A DNA stretch of 64,000 nt from a candidate division FCPU426 bacterium. GTDB lineage: Bacteria; Oederibacteriota; PGYV01; Palsa-1178. Below, one piece after another: positions 59,002 to 64,000 of this stretch (position 1 is the stretch's first letter; each line of letters opens with the position of its first letter). The notes under the pieces are model-generated. The model worked only from the letters and a program-made list of their open reading frames with translations, was not told the DNA's origin and made no database searches. The stretch is taken from assembly GCA_963840035.1 (NCBI GenBank), contig CAWIXE010000002.1:1216001-1280000 (forward strand), in the 5' to 3' direction. A program made the position numbers and the translations under genes.

Positions 59002-59513
59002 TTTCCTCCGCCTTTCGTCAGCCCGTCCCATATCTCCCGCGCCTTTTGGGCCGGTTTAAATTTAAAACTTGAACCTGCTGCAGTATATAGTTTTGTCGTT
59101 AAGGTTACGCATTCCCTTTTCATGACAGCGGCGAAAAACCCGGACAGCTTTTCCTCATATGTAAGTTTGAACCTTATTCCCTGCAGGTTGTCAAGAAGGC
59201 CGAATGACTCGACTTTTTCCATGCCAATTATCCCCATGGACTCCTGTTCATAACCGAGTTTATCAGCCTGCATCCCGAGTTTGCCGGCGCACTCTGCGGC
59301 AAAAGCTCTGACTTTATCCGCGTCTTTTTCCTCCGCGTCAGCGGTCACATACCGCATCACTTCGCGCTCCACCATGGCAAGCTCAATCCTGCGCAGGGAT
59401 AACAAAGAAAGCTGGTACATTCCCGCAAGAAGAAGAAGGAATACGGGAAGCACGAGCACAAACTCTGTCATTGCCTGGGCGTTGCAGCGTTTTAACAATA
59501 TAAGCCTCCGCAT
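58998..59513 (-). CDS. TadE-like pseudopilin
   Basis: AQAMTEFVLVLPVFLLLLAG prepilin-like motif. Confidence 0.82.
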   Translation of the reverse strand: MRRLILLKRCNAQAMTEFVLVLPVFLLLLAGMYQLSLLSLRRIELAMVEREVMRYVTADAEEKDADKVRAFAAECAGKLGMQADKLGYEQESMGIIGMEKVESFGLLDNLQGIRFKLTYEEKLSGFFAAVMKRECVTLTTKLYTAAGSSFKFKPAQKAREIWDGLTKGGGK

Positions 59514-59583
59514 GATTTTGAATTTTCAATTTTATATTTTCAATTAAAGGCGTTGATTTTAATTTAAAACATAAAACTGAAAA

Positions 59584-60627
59584 TTAATGCATTAACAAAT
59601 TATCACTCAAAAAACCAACCGCCTTTGAAAGCCCGCCTTCAGACTCCTGCCCCAGCGCGTCCATTATCTCTTTGGACTGCGTTAAATCCGGGAGTTTTAT
59701 ATGCTCCATGCGCGCTTCATAACCGGCTCCATCCGTTTCCCAAAAATCCATCTTTCCGCCGGAAACGGAAACAAACGACGTCCCCAGAAGCAAATCCGGC
59801 TTAATCTGCCCGCCGTCATCATCCGTAAAAAATCCGCTGCCTAAAACCTGTTTATAGTTGTCTTTGTATGAAACCACCAGCACGGTATGGTCCTGCGAGG
59901 TTTCTATGATATCCAGCGGGACGTCTTTGGGCCCTTCAGCCTTTTCCCTTTTTAAAAACTTATTCCCGCCCGCCTCGCCTTTTCTTATCTTTACACGGTC
60001 ATTTTCATTTTTTCTGGATTTTATATTCTCATTGTACGCGACTTTATCCCTGTCCACATAAACCTTCCTGCCCGTCTTTCCTTCAGTGTAATAATACCTG
60101 TCTTCCCCGTTGTCGGAATCTATGTCAATGATATCCGACAGATACCTGCGCCTGACGTTAAATGAAGGCAGGCATTTGCCCTCCGCGAAACTGTCCACAT
60201 TATAAAAAGGCACTGACACAGCGCCGTTTTCTTTGCCGTTACGAAGAACCATGGCGGCCATGATATATGGAAAGGCTTTTACCCTGTTAAACTCGCCTGT
60301 CCCCGCTATTATGTCCTGCGCTTTCTGAACCTTTTGTATGGCTTCAAGAGTAGCGCCGCCGGCTTCGCCTGCTGTGAGTATGGTCGCTACAATACCTGCC
60401 ACGCCTGTAATGGCCAGCACCTTATTTGTGAGGGAAATTGTATTTAACCCCCTTGCATACCAAAGGCCCGCTTCCATAGCCCCTGAATCAGCGATGTTCT
60501 GCGAGCGGGTTTTCATGTACATCAGGTGCCCTGCCTCAACAACGGCAATAACAAGGATAAACAGGATAAGGAACGCTGCAATGGATACCACAAGCGCCTG
60601 CCCTTTTTTCTTCCTGATGAGTTTCAT
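59584..60627 (-). CDS. TadG-like pilus-associated protein
   Basis: KKGQALVV..TM..EAGHLMYMKTRSQNIADSGAMEAG (Tad N-terminal motif). Confidence 0.78.
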   Translation of the reverse strand: MKLIRKKKGQALVVSIAAFLILFILVIAVVEAGHLMYMKTRSQNIADSGAMEAGLWYARGLNTISLTNKVLAITGVAGIVATILTAGEAGGATLEAIQKVQKAQDIIAGTGEFNRVKAFPYIMAAMVLRNGKENGAVSVPFYNVDSFAEGKCLPSFNVRRRYLSDIIDIDSDNGEDRYYYTEGKTGRKVYVDRDKVAYNENIKSRKNENDRVKIRKGEAGGNKFLKREKAEGPKDVPLDIIETSQDHTVLVVSYKDNYKQVLGSGFFTDDDGGQIKPDLLLGTSFVSVSGGKMDFWETDGAGYEARMEHIKLPDLTQSKEIMDALGQESEGGLSKAVGFLSDNLLMH

Positions 60628-60793
60628 TATTGAACCCTCATTACCGATACAGCTTTAAGGGTATAATAGGGCAACCCCATGGCAGAACCCGCGAGGTGAA
60701 GGATGTTTTTTTGATAAAAACCGAATATTTTATTAACAACAGGTATTTTTAAGGGCATGTTATATGTGACCGTTACTTTTATGAAATCAGCTT

Positions 60794-61851
60794 GCTACAT
60801 TCAATGTTTAAGTGCAACACATCTTGTTAAATGCTTCGTTTGGAGTTTTCCAGCCCAAACATTTCCTTGGTAAATTATTCAGCCAATTTTCAAGTTCTTT
60901 TATCCTGCCGGAGCTTATCATATCAAAGTCTGTGCCTTTTGGGTATATCCTTCTCGCCAATCCTATTGTGTTCTCAACCGTGCCTTTTTCATAGGGACTT
61001 TTTTCATGGCAAAAGTATGATTTACACCCTATCTGTTTATTAATCTTTTCGTGCTCAACATTTTCTTTTCCGTTGTCATAAGTTATGCTTAACCGAACGC
61101 CTTCAGGCACACTTCGTAATGATTTCATTATGTTTCTTCTGTTATGCCTTGCGGTTATTACTCTTAACTTATATATCTTCGTTAACCGTGTTTTTCTTTC
61201 CACTGTAAAGGTTAGTCCTGAATTTTTCTTTTGTAATCCAGCCATTGTGTCGCTTTCCCAATGCCCGACCTGTTTACGTTCGTCTATTTGTTTAGGCCTT
61301 AATTCTATTGATATTTTATTGGGTATACGACCTTTTGTATGCGTCTTTCTCTGACCTTTTAAGTGCCTTTTCATGTGGTGCCTAGTTAAACATCCTCTAA
61401 ATCCCGGCTCTTCTTTATATACAAACATGTATATTGTTTCAGTACTAATACTTTTCCCCGGTAGTTCTTCCGCTATCCTTCCTGAAATTCTTTCAGGAGA
61501 CCAACCGTTTTTAAGTTTATCTATCACATACGACTTTATTGCTGTATCCCTTATTCTGCCCTGGGGGACACTTAATCTTCGTCTGTATGATGTGTTTGCA
61601 TCTCTAGCAACATATTCTCCGGTTTCTATGTTGCTGTTCCTAGTTATTTCTCTGTGTATCGTGGATCTGTGTCTTCCAAGCTCAGCTGCTATTTCACCAA
61701 CTGTGAACCCTTGGTCCTGTAAAATAACAATTTTTGCTCTTTCTTCTATGCCTAAATGCTTGTATAATTTCATTGGTGCAACCTCCTTCTGTATTCTTTA
61801 CTCGACATAAAGATTTTAACAGAAGTGTTGCACTTTTACCTTGAATTCAAG
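60794..61851 (-). mobile_element. IS30-family insertion sequence, 1058 bp
   Basis: Imperfect 27-bp terminal IRs sharing ATTCAA..AAGTGCAACAC; CTT direct repeats at 60791-60793 and 61852-61854. Confidence 0.9.
60808..61773 (-). CDS. IS30-family transposase
   Basis: HTH LGRHRSTIHREITRN, WSPERI, GHWESDT, SITYDNGKE, EKGTVENTIGL, LNNLPRKCLGWKTP. Confidence 0.95.
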   Translation of the reverse strand: MKLYKHLGIEERAKIVILQDQGFTVGEIAAELGRHRSTIHREITRNSNIETGEYVARDANTSYRRRLSVPQGRIRDTAIKSYVIDKLKNGWSPERISGRIAEELPGKSISTETIYMFVYKEEPGFRGCLTRHHMKRHLKGQRKTHTKGRIPNKISIELRPKQIDERKQVGHWESDTMAGLQKKNSGLTFTVERKTRLTKIYKLRVITARHNRRNIMKSLRSVPEGVRLSITYDNGKENVEHEKINKQIGCKSYFCHEKSPYEKGTVENTIGLARRIYPKGTDFDMISSGRIKELENWLNNLPRKCLGWKTPNEAFNKMCCT

Positions 61852-62233
61852 CTTCCGACTTTTCAAACTCATCTTTTTCTATTATTACCCCACCGCCCTG
61901 AAGCCATGACGCCCCGGCTTCGCGCAGAATATCAGAAGCCGAGCCGGCAACATCCCCTGCCGGAGATTTTGAAGGATTCTCCGCCGCCGCCGACATAGAC
62001 TTAAGTATCAAGACTGCTTTACCCGCCTTCTCTTTGCGTTCACCTTCATCCGCGTAAACGCAGGCAACCCTCGCTGTCATGTATGCCGTGTATTTAAGTT
62101 TCATGGCGTTTATGAATATCATGCCCAGCTGCGCGATGCCCAGGACTACAAGCATCATGACAGGTAAAATAACCGCGAACTCAACCATGCTCTGGGCTTT
62201 GTTTGCATATATTATTTTCAACAGTTCACAGTC

Positions 62234-62339
62234 CTTGTAGGGGCGATTCACGAATCGCCCGTCCATGTTATTACGGTATTAAAATCCACCGTTACAAAAC
62301 AAGTCAAAAGTCGGGCGATTCGTGAATCGCCCCTACAAG
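62234..62339. repeat. REPIN-like doublet of GTAG REP units
   Basis: Perfect 28-bp inverted repeat CTTGTAGGGGCGATTCACGAATCGCCCG at 62234-62261 and 62312-62339. Confidence 0.85.
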
Positions 62340-62388
62340 ACCAATTCAAACAAAATTCGGACAGCGCAGCCGCATTGTCACCGATAAT

Positions 62389-62417
62389 AAAAAGGCGGGC
62401 CTGGTTTCAGGCCCGCC
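62389..62417 (-). terminator. Intrinsic terminator downstream of flp
   Basis: GGCGGGCCTG-GTTT-CAGGCCCGCC hairpin followed by a T run on the minus strand. Confidence 0.7.
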
Positions 62418-62485
62418 CCGTATTCAGGCAGGACGGCAGCTTAAAGCGGCAAAAAGGAAGGGGTAAGCGCCGCCCTGCGGTCTGG

Positions 62486-62653
62486 TTATTCTCCCACCGC
62501 GCTTTCAACTTTTTCAGCGGCGTTCTGGAAACCTTTGTCCACTTTCTTGCCGAACATCTTAACCGAAGCAAGCACTACAATGGCTATGAGGGCGATAATA
62601 AGTATGTACTCAGTCATGCCCTGCCCTTTCTTTCCCGCGAATAATTTTCTCAT
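62486..62653 (-). CDS. flp: Flp family type IVb pilin
   Basis: MRKLFAGKKGQGMTEYILIIALIAIVV; AAGGAGGT RBS at ATG 62653. Confidence 0.9.
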   Translation of the reverse strand: MRKLFAGKKGQGMTEYILIIALIAIVVLASVKMFGKKVDKGFQNAAEKVESAVGE

Positions 62654-62701
62654 GGCTACCTCCTTCTTGTAGTAGAGACGCACTGAGTGCGCCCGCTTTT
62701 T

Positions 62702-62899
62702 TTATGGAAATGGTACGGAATACACCTTTGACATATGTTTTAAATATCCTTTGAGGTAAGCCGCAAATATACCCGTCCCCGCAAGGCATATTAAGGCTGT
62801 GAGGAATAGAATGAGTGCGTACTCGGTGAATGACTGGCCTGCCTGTGAACATAACATCCGTGATACCGCGCCCTTGCCGCGCCTGGTGACTTTGCCCAT
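62702..62899 (-). CDS. Second Flp-like pilin
   Basis: AGQSFTEYALILFL motif; GAGGGG RBS at ATG 62899. Confidence 0.7.
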   Translation of the reverse strand: MGKVTRRGKGAVSRMLCSQAGQSFTEYALILFLTALICLAGTGIFAAYLKGYLKHMSKVYSVPFP

Positions 62900-63009
62900 A
62901 AAAACCCCTCTATAAGTTTTTAAGCATTCTGTTAAACGAAAAAACAAATAAACAGAAATATGACATTAGGCTGAAATTGATTGCCCGTAAATCCCTCTAT
63001 ATGGGCGAT

Positions 63010-63038
63010 ATGATATTAAAAAGACGAGAATTTGTCAA
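63010..63038 (-). promoter_or_regulatory. Sigma70 promoter for the flp/tad cluster
   Basis: TTGACA-17 nt-TATCAT. Confidence 0.6.
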
Positions 63039-63214
63039 TGAAAATTTTTGTATATCTTAATGGCACACCATTAAATATAAGCTAAAATAAACGGGCAGTG
63101 AATCGCGTATGCGCCTCACTGCCCGTTTTCCACTTACGGTTTAAAGTTTATCTCAGAATGATTATCTTCCCCACCTTACTCCTGGCCACCCGTGGGCCTC
63201 TCCAGGCTGCGTTT

Positions 63215-63240
63215 GAGATGGGCACAGGTCCCATCTCTAC
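63215..63240 (-). repeat. Single GTAG REP-like hairpin
   Basis: GTAGAGATGGGACCTGTGCCCATCTC on minus. Confidence 0.55.
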
Positions 63241-63322
63241 GGTTGTCCATGCGGATACAAGGGCTGTTGATTTTAACCATGTATGCTGTTAAACTATATA
63301 CATAATATAAAGGAGGGACCTT

Positions 63323-64000
63323 ATGCCAGAAAAAAAATACGCCGGCGCCGTTGACCAGGGCACTACTTCCACCCGTTTCCTTTTATTTAACCACGCAGGC
63401 GATATCGCCGCTTCCCACCAGATGGAACATAAGCAGATATACCCGCAGGCAGGCTGGGTAGAGCATGACGCTGCGCAGATATGGGATAATACCTGCGAAT
63501 GCGTAAAGCAGGCTTTAAAGAAAGCAAATATTAAAGCGGAAGAAATAGCCTCCATCGGCGTTACCAACCAGCGCGAGACAACCGTGATATGGGACAAGAA
63601 AACCGGTAAACCCCTGCATAACGCCATAGTCTGGCAGGATATGAGGACAGCCGGCATATGTGACGCGCTTGCTAAAAATGGCGGTCAGTACAGGTTTCAA
63701 AAAACTACCGGACTCCCCCTTGCCACATACTTCTCAGCCCCAAAACTTAAATGGCTTTTTGACAACAAACCTGAAATAAAAAAAGCCGCGGAAAACGGGA
63801 CGGCCCTTTTCGGCACCATTGACACCTGGATAATATGGAACTTAACAGGCGGCAGCCACGTGACTGACATATCAAACGCCTCGCGCACCATGCTCATGGA
63901 TTTAAAGACACTTCAGTGGGACAAGTCAATGCTGAAGGTATTCGGGATACCGGAATCTATACTTCCCTCCATAAGGCCTTCATCCGACCCGAAATCATAC
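63323..64000 (+). CDS. glpK: Glycerol kinase (5' part, runs off right edge; absent from ORF track)
   Basis: AAGGAGG RBS; MPEKKYAGAVDQGTTSTRF..YPQAGWVEHD..IGVTNQRETTVIWDK..AIVWQD..FGTIDTW..HVTDISNASRT. Confidence 0.96.
   Translation, partial: MPEKKYAGAVDQGTTSTRFLLFNHAGDIAASHQMEHKQIYPQAGWVEHDAAQIWDNTCECVKQALKKANIKAEEIASIGVTNQRETTVIWDKKTGKPLHNAIVWQDMRTAGICDALAKNGGQYRFQKTTGLPLATYFSAPKLKWLFDNKPEIKKAAENGTALFGTIDTWIIWNLTGGSHVTDISNASRTMLMDLKTLQWDKSMLKVFGIPESILPSIRPSSDPKSY

Larger units (their letters stand above)
60627..62221 (-). pseudogene. TadE-like gene interrupted by IS30 (5' part 61852..62221, 3' part 60627..60793)
   Basis: KAQSMVEFAVILPV; removing the IS restores one frame ...EFEKSE/ADFIKVTVTYNMPLKIPVVNKIFG...VMRVQ*, with TAA overlapping the next ATG; start uncertain (TTG 62221). 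Confidence 0.85.

Noticed and set aside
62222..62266. ORF-track start of the tadE-like gene (MDGRFVNRPY)
   Set aside because: Runs through a REP palindrome; a downstream TTG is more plausible
63181..63260. GC-rich structured segment as tRNA or riboswitch
   Set aside because: No T-loop GTTC or cloverleaf and no recognisable aptamer; explained by REP-like hairpins
63289..63897. Minus-strand ORFs of 122, 61 and 66 aa
   Set aside because: Antisense to glpK

Overview
Bacterial (probably diderm) chromosomal window, almost all on the minus strand. From right to left it holds a partial Tad/Flp pilus cluster whose tadE-like gene is split by an intact IS30-family element, a polyprenyl synthetase, and an 11-subunit complex I operon (nuoABCDHIJKLMN, no nuoEFG). 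Next are two paralogous, reshuffled cassettes. Each couples a ~2,700-aa repetitive secreted protein with a FlgD-Ig/T9SS-like C-terminal domain and a PorV-like barrel-TPR protein to an Rsb-type partner-switching set (HAMP-PP2C, STAS, RsbW-like), with no sigma factor. A GT-C glycosyltransferase lies between the two cassettes. Further left are an MCP-PilZ pair and a five-gene operon (PQQ lipoprotein, degenerate HAMP-cyclase, J-TPR protein, lidless Hsp70, degenerate PilB-like ATPase). The left end has three secreted proteins: an Ig-CTD protein, a DUF11 protein, and a CBM3-like protein with a long Thr-X linker that runs off the edge. glpK starts on the plus strand at the right edge. Intergenic spacers carry 7-bp tandem-repeat hairpins and several REP-like palindromes. 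All family assignments are by motif recognition; no database searches were run.
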